Positions 52,330-64,000 of a stretch of DNA of 64,000 nucleotides are shown here, one piece after another. The notes below the pieces were generated by a model. The model searched no databases, was not told where the DNA came from, and was given only the letters and a program-made list of their open reading frames with translations. This stretch comes from Vicugna vicugna (lineage: Eukaryota): contig MU058844.1 in the NCBI GenBank assembly GCA_013265495.1, positions 2,521,520 to 2,585,519 of the forward strand, written 5' to 3'. The position numbers and the translations under genes were made by a program. Position 1 is the first letter of the stretch. Each line of letters begins with the position of its first letter.

Positions 52330-53095
52330 ACAAGACAACTGAAGTGAGCAGTGTGATTGCTTCAGATTATTGCTTTAGATTTTCCAAGCAGTGGCTCAGA
52401 GAGGGAACTCAGCACCAGGCAGATCTGGCTGAGTTGAAAGAGATGGAACTAAAGGGCCAGGGAAACCCAGGAAGCTAAAGTTCATAGGACAGAGTACTGG
52501 AAAAGAGCTTAACAGAGAGAGAATTCTGGAGATCGAAAGGTTCTCTCAGGTAATCAGCACAATACCAATCAGTGCATGCATTTGAGGATACTACCTGAAG
52601 TAGAGAAAAGCAACATCCAAAAGAATTAGAGGAAACAGTACCCAGTTCTCGTATAAGGCTGGAAACAGTGCACATTCCAAAAAGCCGTAAGGGAAAACTT
52701 CCAACTCATGGCCATTGGTTAGAATACTCAGAAGAGATTTAGTTAAGAAATGAGGAATAATTAGCCCTAGATTAAATGCTGCTCTGGTCCCACCAAAACA
52801 AATATTAAAAGACCTAAAGTATCAAACTATTAACATGTAACCCAACTGTGTCCCAGTATAAAGCTCAAGAATATATATAGAAATACAAAACTATGCAGCA
52901 GCAAACAAGATGAAGTTCACAGTGCCTGGCATACAATCAAAAATTTTTCAAACATGCAAAGAAGCAGGAAAATATGAACCAGAATGAGGAGAAAAAAAAT
53001 CAGTAAATCAAAATCGACCTAGAATTGACATAGATGAAAGAATTAACAATGATATTAAAATAGTTCTTGTCATCACATTCTATATCTTTAAAAAA
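52330..53095 (+). mobile_element. L1M 5' / ORF1-proximal region
   Basis: ggaataattagccctagattaaatgctgctctggtccc, aaagctcaagaatat and catgcaaagaagcaggaaaatatgaaccagaatgaggag resemble L1MC/MD 5' regions. Confidence 0.65.
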
Positions 53096-54236
53096 ATGTG
53101 TCCATGGAATCCTTCAGAGTACTTTATGAGGAAGAGTGCAAAATAATATCAATTTAAAAATGAAAATATTGTCTTTTCATTTATTCTTTCATTGCTTTAT
53201 ACCCAAAATATTTTTATACTTATTTCCTATAACGATGTATGCTAAGCAATGGTCATTCACTAATAAGCACTGAAGACAGAACACCTGTCTTCAGAGGGCT
53301 TATAGTTTAGGGTAAAGAGAAAAATGACAGTGTAGTATATGGAGTTTATGACAGATACAGAAATAAAAGAAAAGAGAAAATATGAAAGTATACTAATTTA
53401 AGATTTCTGTACTCTAAATGATATGGTATAATATCAACTGCAGGTAGATTATGATAAATTAAAGATGTGGAATCTTAAAACAAGTATAGTAATAAAACAA
53501 GGAGTTATAACTAGTAAACCAACACAGAAGATAAAATGGGTCATAAAATATACTTAATCCAAAAGAGGCAGAAAAATAAGAAAAAAGTCAACAATAAAAA
53601 GCAGATGGGATAAACAGAAATAAATAGGAAGATAATAGACTTAATCCTAATCTCATTAATAATCACATCAAATATAAATAGTCTGAACACCCCCATTATA
53701 AGGAAGAAATGGGCCTATTGGATACAAACAAACAAGACCCAGTTATTTGCCAGAGGAAAGTCAGTTTAAATATAAGGATACAATTAGGGAAAAAGTAAAA
53801 GAATAAAAGAACAGGAAAAATATCATGCATAAACTCATCAAAGGAAAGCTGGAGAGGCTCTACTAGCAATGAAGTAGATTTCAGAGCAAAGAATATTACT
53901 TGGGACAAGGAATTTCATTTTGTAATGATAAAGTGGTCAATTCATCAAGAGGAACCAACAATTCTAAACACTTATGACTTGAAACTGAGCTTCAAATACT
54001 TGAAGCAAAAACTTAAAAAAGGAATACACAAATCCACAAATTGAAATTTCAATAACTCTTTCAATTATTAATAGAACAAGTAGGCAGAAAATCAGCAAGA
54101 ATATGATAGACTGAAAATCACTATCAACCAAACTTAAGTTGATTAAATTCTAGGAAACACTTCACTCCACAATAACAGAATATTACATTTTTTCAAGTAC
54201 ACACAGAACAGTTTACCAAGATAAAGCATATTTAGG

Positions 54237-55567
54237 TAAGGTTGCCAGTTAAACAACAGCAACAAAATGGCACATGGCTGTATTTAAATTTCAGCTAAAC
54301 ATCAAGTGATAATTATTTTTATTATAAACTTTATTTTTTCAAAGCAGCTTTTGTTTCACAGCAAAATTGAGAAGAAGACACAGAGATGTCCTCTACACTC
54401 CCTTCCCACACACATGCATAGCCTCCTCTACTATCAACATCCCCACCAGAGTGGTAACTTTGTGTCAGTTGGTGAGCCTACACAGATACATCATTATCAC
54501 TCTAAGTCCATTATTTACATTACTGTTCATTCTTGGTGGTGTTCATTCTATGGATTTGGATAAATGTATATGCCATGTATCCACCATTATAACATCATTC
54601 AGAGTATTTTCACTGCTCTAAATATCCTCTGTGCTCCACTTGTTCATCCCTTCCTCCCCACGAACCCCTACAAACCACTGATCGTTTTTCTATCTCTGTG
54701 CTTTTGCCTTTACCAGAATGCCATATATTTGGAATCAAATAGTATGTAGCTTTTTCAGATTGGCTTTGTTCACTTAGTACTATGTATTTAATGTTCCTCT
54801 ATGTCTTTTCATGACTTGATAGTTCATTTTTCCTTAGTGTTGAATAATATTCCATTGTTCAGATGTACCACAGTTTCACACCTACTGAAAGACATCTAGG
54901 CTGCTTCTAGGTTTTGGCAATGATGAATAAAGCTTCTATAAATATTCCTGTGCAGGTTTTTATAGGGATATACATTTTCAGTTCCTTGGGGTGAATATCA
55001 AGGAGTGTGATTGCTGGATTAGTATGTTTAGTTTTGTAAGAAACTGCCAAACTGTCCTCCAAAGTTTCTGGACCGTTTTGCATTTCCACCAGCAATGGAT
55101 GAGTTTCTGCTCCTCCACACCCTCACCACCATTTGATGTTATGAGTGTTCTGAATTTTGGTCATTCTAACAGATATGAAATTGTATCTCATTTTTGTTTT
55201 AATTTACACTTCCCTAGTGACATTAGAGGTGAAATATCTTTTCCTATGCTTACTTGCCATCTGCGTATCTTTTTTGGTGAAGTGTCTTAAGGTCTTTAGC
55301 CAAATTTTTAATCAGGTTATTTATTTTCTCACTGTTGAGTTTTGCTGACTTTTAAGAGTTCCTTGTGTACTTTGGATAGTACTCCTTTATCACATGTGTC
55401 TTTTGCAAATATTTTCTCCCATTCTGTGGCTTGTTTCTTCATACTCTTCATTGAATAACATTTTTAGTAAAAGTATGCCTCATATTATACTTGAAATATA
55501 CTTATGCTAAAAAATCATTTGATGTTTACCTAAAATTAAAATTGAGTAGACATCCTGTATTTTATCT
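54237..55567. mobile_element. MER53-like hAT MITE split into two halves (about 54237-54312 and 55451-55567)
   Basis: Left half taaggttgccag...atttaaatttcagctaaacatc; right half tttttagtaaaagtatg...atacttatgctaaaaaatcatttgatgtttacctaaaattaaaatt...catcctgtattttatct. Confidence 0.7.
54313..55450 (-). mobile_element. L1MC1/2-like 3' portion inserted in the MER53-like element
   Basis: actttattttttcaaagcagcttttgtttcacagcaaaattgag 3' end, the same family as 34335-35690; ORF2 remnant HPKELKMYIPIKTCTGIFIEALFIIAKT. Confidence 0.9.
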
Positions 55568-56932
55568 AGGCCATATACCAAAATAGAATTAAATAGAAAT
55601 CAATAAAAATAGTTAAAAATTTCTAAATTTTTGTTATCTGAAAACTATTCCACACAATCAATGAGTCAAAGAAGGAAAAAAGAAAAGGGAAACTAAAAAG
55701 TATTTGAATTGAATGAAAATAAAAACAAAACATACCAAGAACCAATGCTCCTCATGAACACATTTGCAACATCTCTAAACAAAATTTCTCCTAATCAAAT
55801 TCAACAGTGTAATACAAACAACAGGTATTATATTGTGACCAAGTGGTATTCATCCCAGAAATGCAATATTTCTTTAACATTTGAAAATGAATCAACATAA
55901 TTTATCACATTAACAAACAGAAAAAAACATGTTATCATCTGAATAAACACAGAAAAACATTTAACAAAATCCAACATCTATTCCTGATTATAAAGTTCTC
56001 AGTAAACTAGAAATAGAAGGGAACTTTCTCAGTCTCAGCCTGATAATGGGCCTCTATAGATAATCTACAGCTAATATCATACATAACAGTAAAAAAATGA
56101 ATACTTTCCACTTAAGATCACGAACAAGGCAAAGATTTTCACTCCTACCACTTCTGTTCAACATTGTTCTAGCCTTTGCAACAAAGCAAGGAAAAGAAAC
56201 AAATGGTATCTACATTAGAAAGGAAGAAGTAAAATTGTTTTCATTCACATACAACATGATAATCTATGTATAAAATCTGATGAAAGTTATAGAAGCTACT
56301 AGAACTAATAAGTGAATTCAGATTTGCAGTACAGAATTAATATATAAAATTGTATTTCTTTTGCTAGAAATAAGTAATCAATAATTAAAATTATATAAGC
56401 AATACTATTCACAATAGTACCAAATGAATTAAATATTTAGGGATAAATTCAACAAAATGCATGCAAAACTTCTATACTGAAAACCACAAAGCATTGCTGA
56501 GAGAAAGTAAAAAAGAACTTAAATAAATGGAGAGATATTTTTGTTATTAATATATCAATTCTCCCTAAACTGATACATAGATTCAATACAAGTCCAATCA
56601 AAATCCCAGTAGGCTTCTTTATATAAATTGTAAAGATGATTCTAAAATTCATGTGGAAAAGCAAAAGACCTAGAAGAGTGAAAACCATTTAAAAAGAAAA
56701 CATTCAATATTGTCTCTGTATTACAATTTTCAACAGTGTTTCAATAGATAAATGCTCAACAGTATAAATTATTAAAATAAAGTTTTGTTTTGTTGCTTTG
56801 TTTTAAAGAGTTAACACCACTCCCAGGAAACAAGAAACCAATAGGAGGAGAGTAGAGATTGCTAGTTATACGTTATCAGACGGCATGTCAAGGCAGAGGA
56901 GCAAAATATATCAAGGTCAAATAAAAACTTAC

Positions 56933-57081
56933 ATAAACAGTTGAAAAAAGTTAAAGGCATCTCAGGTAGGGCACGATAGTAAAACTGTTACTCTTAGTGG
57001 GCATCCAATATGTGAAAAAACCCAAAGAGCTGTCTTCTGTCCTGGGTACAATCTTTTTCTCTCTGTGATGTGAACACGCTT
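56933..57081 (-). other. Candidate 149-nt non-coding exon
   Basis: Minus strand: ctcac branch point, ctgttttctctcatgctgtgttcAG acceptor, donor TAT|GTAAGT; stops in all three frames. Confidence 0.3.
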
Positions 57082-57327
57082 CTGAACACAGCATGAGAGA
57101 AAACAGGTGAGCAAGACTGTCATTGTTTTTATGTCTCATTTTGCAGCCTCTTCTGTGTTTTTCCAATTTTTTAAAACTATCCAGTGAATGGCATAACTAA
57201 CTCTAATTTTCTTCTTTCTCTGATGGCAAACATAGTAATAATATTACTTGTGCTACTTTAAATTTAATGACTTACAATGTCACGTTAGTCTCAGTTGGCT
57301 TAAAATAACCCAGTTTCTTTTTAAACA

Positions 57328-57440
57328 TTCTCTTCTCCTCTATTCTCTCTCTCCTCTTTCTCCCTCTTCCCCTTTCGCCCTCCCTTTTCTCTCTCCCTCT
57401 CCCCCTGAATCAGTCCCCTTGTTTCTCCTTCTCTCTCCAG
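57328..57440 (+). repeat. CT-rich low-complexity polypyrimidine tract
   Basis: Near-pure C/T from 57328 to 57406, with a second stretch to 57438. Confidence 0.85.
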
Positions 57441-60220
57441 TACTCAGCAGCTCAGGAGTAACAGTTTCCCAGAAGAGTTTCTTGGTTCCCAGCCTCCCTA
57501 TGCTGTAACAAGCCCTCCTTCCTATTCCTCCAGAACTGTGTGCTCTGTGATAAACTGTGTTTATCTCATTGGAAAGTATTTGTGTTGTCTAATTCTCCTA
57601 ACAGTACGTAAGCTCTTTAGTGACGGAACCCTTTCCATGTTTTTATCACATGTGCCTAGCAGTGTTTAGCTCTTAGTAGGTATTCAATTCTTATTTACTG
57701 AACAGATGTACTTTCTTTAGTAATTTCTGTCAATACTGCACTTGTTTCTTGAGACAGGATAAGACACTGTGGAATTAACATTTGTAGAATATGTCATGGA
57801 AATAGAGAGTGATGAAAGTAGCCTGTGAAATTCAAAAAAAGAAGAAAAAATCCCTCCTTAAAAAGAAACATGGCAAAGGAATGTTAGCAAGATAACTCAG
57901 TAGTGGAAAGTACAGTGCTGGTAACTGTACAACATCAAGGTCAGCCACCTTCCTATCTAAATGTGTAGATTGCAGTCCTCCCAGCTGAACAAGTTAAAAA
58001 CAACAAAAACAATGACATATTGTATCATCTTTAATTTTTTCCCCCTTACCCTCCTCCCCATATTCAAGCTGGGACCTTATTTTCACTTTTTATCTTTTTC
58101 AGGTTTTTGTTTGTTTTCTTTTAGATACCTTCTTAATGAGAGAATATACTAGGTTTTGGGTTTTAACTCAATTTGAGACTAATTTTAGGAGATGGGTTTA
58201 TCACACTTACACATTTTGTTATAAAAGATGCTTTTAATTTTTAATTTTAGCATGTTATTTTATATTTCCTTATTTTAATACTCTGATTTCTATATTTTGC
58301 TAACTGAATTGACTCTATTTTTGTCTTATTTATTCATTCACTCATTAAATATTTATTAAGCACCTACTGTTTGTATGTGGACTGTTTTAGGAATGGAATA
58401 ACAAGAATGAACCAAACAGACAAAAGTTTGTTTTCCTCTGGAGTTGAGTGATTTTCCAATGGTAATTTGGACTGTCATGTAACCTATTTTTTTCCCATTA
58501 TATAGTAGTTACTTTAAAACTTTATATACCATATGCAAAACTTTATTTCTTAATTTATTTTCTTTTTAGATAATATGTACTCCATGACCCCATAAAAGAG
58601 AGTTTTTCTTCATTTTTTTGATCAATGATTTTAAATAGAAAACAGCACATATTTCTTGACTTTTCCACTTTAGGTAACAGCTAAATTCTGCTGAGCCTGA
58701 CAAGAAAATTATTATCCTCAACCTTCCTCCCTCTTCCAGCCCTTAATTTACTGAGTTTTGATTTTATTTTATTATTTTGAAATTGTCAAAGTTTATAATA
58801 TTTATTTTTGTAGCCATTTTTACCTATATTTTGACCTAGTGCCCCATTTAAGTAAATCCAGTGATCACCATCAGTCCATTAGACCATGGCTATGGTCAAT
58901 CTGTAGTTTGTTATTTTGTTTTTCTTTTGTTTATTCATTTTATCAGGAAGAGTTCAAGGGTTTTTTAGGCTATGAATTTTTGAAAATTTGAGAATGTACA
59001 TCTGTTATCTTTACATTTGAAATAGTAACTTGCACCCAGATTCATTCATCTCTGGGAAGAGAATATACAACTAAGATTCTGGGTGTCCTTTTCCTGTTCC
59101 TCCTTCCTCAAAGGATCCTCTTTTGTTGCCAGAGATTCTTCTACGTGATTATGATTGTTTCCCCCTTTCTCCTCATCTTACCTCTACCACAAAAAGGTCC
59201 AAATTATTGAGTACGAGTTGTGTTATTTCAGGAGAGATGATATTGGAGATACATCTTTTCCTTGGGATGCTTTGATATCCCCTCCATCCATTCCTTTCTA
59301 AATTGGGAGCATGACTCATGTGGACACCATGTCTATTAATCGTTGAAATTTTTAATGAAGGCACAAGGCAAAAGTGGTTTTCCATCTCCTAAAAGTCCTC
59401 TCTGGGTGGCATTTAACAAATTCAGCACTTATCCTCAGTACTGTATGTTCGTAAGTCTCACTGACCCTCAGAAGTCAATGAACAAATCAAAATTCCAGAG
59501 TTTTTTTAAGTTAACATATAAAATCTATAACTTTCACTAGACACAAAATACTCCTATTGATTCTTCACTGGGATCATATTTACATTGGAAGACAATTATA
59601 ATCACAAAAACATTACTGAGTCTCCTGTCAAACCAAAGAAATAAATTGGATGATTTTAGAAAATATTCATCATCTAAAAGGGTTTAAGGTAATCTTTCCC
59701 ACTTAAGAACAGATTTGTGAATTATGCCATTAATGTTCAAAGTCTATGACTGATCAACACATTTGGCTCATCATATTCTTTATTTAGATATGTTAATACT
59801 TTAAATAGAGTCTGTTAAGTATAAGTTATATCTTTTTGTGGTAACTATATAGTCTAACTTTGATGATGCTTTCACATTTGGAGAACTGGGATTAATTACC
59901 CCAATTTTAAAGGTGAGAAAATTAAAACTTAGGTTAAGTCATGTGATATAGGTCATATATGGATACAGCTAGATGGCATAATTATACCTAGTCTGTCTAA
60001 TACCAAAACCTATGGAGCTTTTTTTCCCTGCTCTATCATCTGGGCAGAAAATGTTTCCAAGATCTTCATATCACTTCCTGTGCTGTTTACTTAGTCCCTT
60101 TTATCCTGCAGGGGCCTATAGCACTAAGGAGGCAATTTACAAGATCCTTGGAAATATTTCATGTGTTGATTCATTCAATCAATACTTTTTTTTTTCTTAT
60201 TGGCATACCAGAGCAGATAT

Positions 60221-60332
60221 TGTCAGTGTCCTGCACATATCCCAATGGGACTCATTTGCTAAAATCTGCTCCTGGAGGAAAAATAAAAAAGGCAGACACT
60301 CCTGGGAATTTCTGTACTCTCTACGAGGAAGA

Positions 60333-60391
<59 letters not shown>

Positions 60392-60761
60392 GGGGTTTTA
60401 ATTTTTGTTTGTTTTGCCTGAAGGGCAATTCAACCAGGGCAGACTAGACAAAATAGAGTTAACTTTCCTGGAAGCATCCCTCAACAAATGACAGTTAGAG
60501 TTGATGAATAAATACCCAAGACGCTTCATTGTTTGGTTGGAATAACCCTGAGGCCTGTTCTGCACTATATTTCATGTTGTACTGGGGGACTGAATTCCCA
60601 TATTCCAGATGGACAACTGCCTGATGCCACACTCTTTTGACTTTCTTCTGGTCCCCAACTTACTTCTTCACTTCCCTACCAGTTTTTCTGAATCACTTCT
60701 CAAACTACAGGCATTCAAATTCTTGCCTCAAGATCTCTTTCTTGGAACAACTAAACTAAGA
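60221..60761 (+). mobile_element. ERVL LTR16-like solo LTR
   Basis: tgtcagtgtcctgcacatatccc start; gaagcatccctcaacaaatgacag, gaataaatacc and tcttgcctcaagatctctttcttggaacaactaaactaaga end. Confidence 0.7.
60334..60390. repeat. (GTT)19 perfect microsatellite
   Basis: 57 bp of uninterrupted GTT. Confidence 0.97.
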
Positions 60762-61259
60762 AAAAAGAGTACTATTTGCCCATTACTGCTGAAAGATCTA
60801 GGGATACAGCAGAAAGAAATAATAAATCACTTGACCTTATGTCAGAAAAATTATTTGCAACTTGGAAATAGGCAAAATTGATTACTGAGTGCCCTTTCGG
60901 TGCAGTCCTGGGCTTGACTTACTATCAACTGGGCTATTTTACAACTCTGTTGGAGCAAAGGTTAATTTGTAAACTTTTGTCCAGTAGAGATCAAATAATT
61001 CCTGTCCAATGAAATAGATAGTGCCAAAGGTTACACTTTATTTCCCTGTAAGACATTAATCAGTTCTGTGTATAACCCAGCAATCCTACTCTGACATTTC
61101 TTTATTAAAGTGCCTAGTTTCACCCAAGCTTTTAAATAGATTTTAACATTATACTGGTTTCCTTATTTATAAAGAAATAGCATAATATTTTTGGCATGTT
61201 TTCTTTTTATATTTGTCTGATAGTCATATTTTATAAACTTTGGAGAATTATACTTCAAC

Positions 61260-61990
61260 ATAAGGGAGACAAACAATAGCTAACAATAACTACATATATA
61301 TATATATATACACACACATATATAAAATAAGGCATTCTTGATGAGTTACAGAGAACAAAGCCAGGTAGACGTTAGAGATTGATGATTTGGAGAAAGTGCT
61401 GTTTTATATAAAGTGGTTGAGAAAGCATCTGAGTGGAGACCAGGAGGAGGGGAGATAGTGGGTCAAATGGATATCTAAAGCACAAGCATTGCAGGCAAAC
61501 AAGAAAAACAGCAAATGTGAAAAGTCTGAAATAAGACCATACATGACAAATTCAAGTAACAGCTGGAAGACCACCGGGGTAGAAACTGAATGTGTTATAA
61601 TGGGGGAGAGAGGAGGGGAATGATAAATGATGAGGATAAAGAAGTAATGTGGACTAATCATATATGATTTTTCTACATTAGTAGTTCATGGACTTTGGCA
61701 TATACTCTAAGTGAGATAGAAGGAGACACTGGAGTATTTTGAGCAAGATTGATGTGATCTGCTCTGTTCATAAAGGACCGTATGGGTCCCACAATTGAGA
61801 TTAGGGGCGAGAGCAGATGCAGAAAGATCAGTTAGGACTCTTTTTTTTTTTTTTCCAATTTTGACTAGAAGTGTTGGTGGTTGGTGGCCTGGACCTGGGT
61901 GATGGTGGTAGTGAAAAAGGATCTTATCCTGGATAAATTTTGAGGTAGAACCAACACAATTCTTTCTGATAATTAAATGTAATTTATGAG
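61260..61990 (-). mobile_element. L2 element
   Basis: agcattgcaggcaaacaagaaaacagcaaatgtgaaaagtctga, ggactttggcatatactctaagtgagatag and tggataaattttgaggtagaaccaaca. Confidence 0.8.
61294..61324. repeat. (TA)n(CA)n compound microsatellite
   Basis: catatatatatatatatacacacacatatata. Confidence 0.85.
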
Positions 61991-63389
61991 AATGAATATC
62001 AATCTTCATTTATTCATTCTTCACCTTTCTCAAATATTTACTGCAAGGTATTGTGTTAATTTTATAATAAAACATCCTCTAAGATTCACATGGATTTTTG
62101 TTGCAGGTCTAACAAATTTGAGATTATTACAATCATGTCACTTCAGAGGCATTTTTTACTTAAAACTGCCACTTCCACAAATGATGATAAATGCATCAAC
62201 AAAAAAAATCTCATCAGCAATTTAAACATAGGTTTTTCTGACACAGACAAACTGAGGCACACTCTAGTTCTCAGAAGCAGAGTCAGGTTTCTTTTCCACT
62301 AATGGAGCAAAAATGAAATTCAGTATGGATCTATTTACATTAACTTTAGAACTGTAAAGCTCGGGCTGTAAAATTTAAATAATTTGTTTTTAAAATGATA
62401 TTTGTTTCAGAAACTGACAGCCCCTCACTTAAAATACTCTGAATCACTAACTTCTGTAGTACTTTTGTATGGTATTGTTTGTGATAAAATTTTTCCTAAA
62501 CCAAATAACTATCATGCATATCATGCCAAGAAATGACATGTAAATTTTTTGGTCAACTAATTCTTTCATCTTTTAATAAGCAAATATTTGTTTTATCAAT
62601 AGTCAACAAATTGATCTCTAATGCAAGATATGCAAACCAGAAATGGTGTAAAAGATAATCCACTGAGTGCAGGAGAAAAAAATTAGATCTTCTTCTAATA
62701 TTTACTTTATCATTTCTTTTTCAATATAAAATTTGAGTATCTATTAGTATAGTGATACAAGGAAATAATTCTTAAATAGTAGACACATATGGGAGTATAT
62801 TTATCATTTTTTCCTAGGGAGATACAGTAAAAAAAGTTTGGACATATAAAATACATTTATTTATTATGCTTTTTTTTATTATCTGTGTCCCTCTACTACT
62901 ATGTAATCTCTATGAGAGATGCAATTTCTTTTTATTGTTTTGTTACTGAGATATCCTATGCACAAAAAAGCTATGCTTAGCACATAACAGGCACACAATA
63001 AGGTATATGTTTAGTTAAAAAGATGGGTAAACATTTATAATCAGGTCTTACTATATTTCTTGAGAGAAGTAATCTGAGGAAGACAATTCCATTCCATGGA
63101 AAGTGGATACGCAGGTACATTGTGAGGGAAGCAAAGAACAACAAAAGCAAGATATCAGATACCCTGAGCTTTTACACTGGTATTGGTAAGCCTGCTAAGA
63201 AAGACTCTAATAGAAGGCAGAGCCCAACAGATAGTATAGTGAAATGAAAGTCATTTGGGGTAGTTGAAGATGATGTTAATAATAGTATGGCTATCATTTA
63301 TTACTTTGGGTTGGTCAATGAAAAGGAGTATTTTTATGGATGTTATGTTCTTAATCCCCAGAAACTAGATATATTATTGACATATAATA

Positions 63390-63610
63390 GATGTTTAATA
63401 AGCATTTATAAGACATAAATTTTCTCTTTAATTTACACAACAACCTTATGAAGGAGGGGATATTTTTAAATGGTTTTCAGATAACAACATCTAAGGCTAG
63501 CAAGGTTAAGACATTGGCCCCAGATCACACAGAAAATAAATAGAAGAGCCCAGAGTTATATCAAAATCTGAGAAGAGAAACTAAACTCTTAACCAATGTG
63601 GTTCTCTGTT
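63390..63610 (-). mobile_element. MIR SINE
   Basis: tttaatttacacaacaaccttatgaagg...ttttcagat...aaggttaag...cccagatcacacag...actcttaacca. Confidence 0.65.
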
Positions 63611-63639
63611 TCTAATGGAAAAAAATACATAGATGTACA

Positions 63640-64000
63640 GAGATGAGTAATGTGTGTGCAGTATTCCATAGAAAGACTAATAATAGGTTGGATGTGAAGA
63701 CTTGATAAATCAGTTATTCATATAGAATCTTATAAATAAATCTCATTTTTACCAGTCTGACGGGTGAGGTGTGCAGTTTTGAGTGAGGTATATGGTGGTA
63801 GGAAAAGTAGGTAGATGATTTACAAATATAATTAGTGCCCAACAGATGACTGGGAGTTGAACTACAGAGAGACTAGAATTAACTGTTAAGAGTCTAGTTT
63901 AAGTGTGGCAGAGGACACAAGACGGAGCTCCTGGGGAAGTGACTGTGTATCTGCAATGAGGAGCTCTTACTTTGTTTCTATCCACAGAGTGGGTCGCCAC
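63640..64000 (-). mobile_element. L2 fragment running off the window end
   Basis: cagttttgagtgag, gatgactgggagttgaactacagagagactag and ggagctcctggggaa. Confidence 0.45.

Larger units (their letters stand above)
53380..56700 (+). mobile_element. Old L1M inter-ORF and ORF2 (endonuclease to RT) remnant, interrupted at 54237-55567
   Basis: EN motifs (aaacaagacccagttatttgc, aagtagatttcagagcaaagaatattac, gtcaattcatcaagagga) and RT-region motifs (aacaaaatccaacatctattcctgatt, atcaattctccctaaactgatacatagattcaatac). Confidence 0.85.

Noticed and set aside
54306..56688. Cluster of nine short ORFs
   Set aside because: All lie inside nested L1 remnants.
60012..60447. Poly-Cys (129 aa) and poly-Val (99 aa) ORFs
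   Set aside because: Artefacts of the (GTT)19 microsatellite within an LTR.
1..64000. CRISPR array, operon, CpG-island promoter, rRNA, NUMT, processed pseudogene or intact retroviral gene
   Set aside because: No regularly spaced repeat-spacer array, no long ORF, no CpG island and no recognisable homology by eye. A highly decayed pseudogene could have been missed without BLASTX.

Overview
This is AT-rich, CpG-poor eutherian genomic DNA, typical of a large intron or gene desert. It is most likely camelid, based on two tRNA-derived SINEs resembling the camelid Vic-1 family and a cetartiodactyl-type L1 3' UTR present in three copies. Much of the window is decayed transposable elements: L1 of several ages, L2, MIR, MaLR/MLT1, ERV1 and ERVL solo LTRs, and hAT MITEs, often nested. 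None of the supplied ORFs is a credible stand-alone gene; they are L1 ORF2 remnants, antisense repeat frames, microsatellite frames or chance ORFs. The best non-repeat signals are a pair of phase-compatible candidate exons on the minus strand (9562-9624 and 9276-9341), a candidate non-coding minus-strand exon (56933-57081) and a palindromic RFX X-box (36877-36889). I cannot name a gene and I find no evidence of a novel multi-gene system. Repeat families were assigned from memory of consensus sequences, not by database search, and boundaries of old repeats are approximate.
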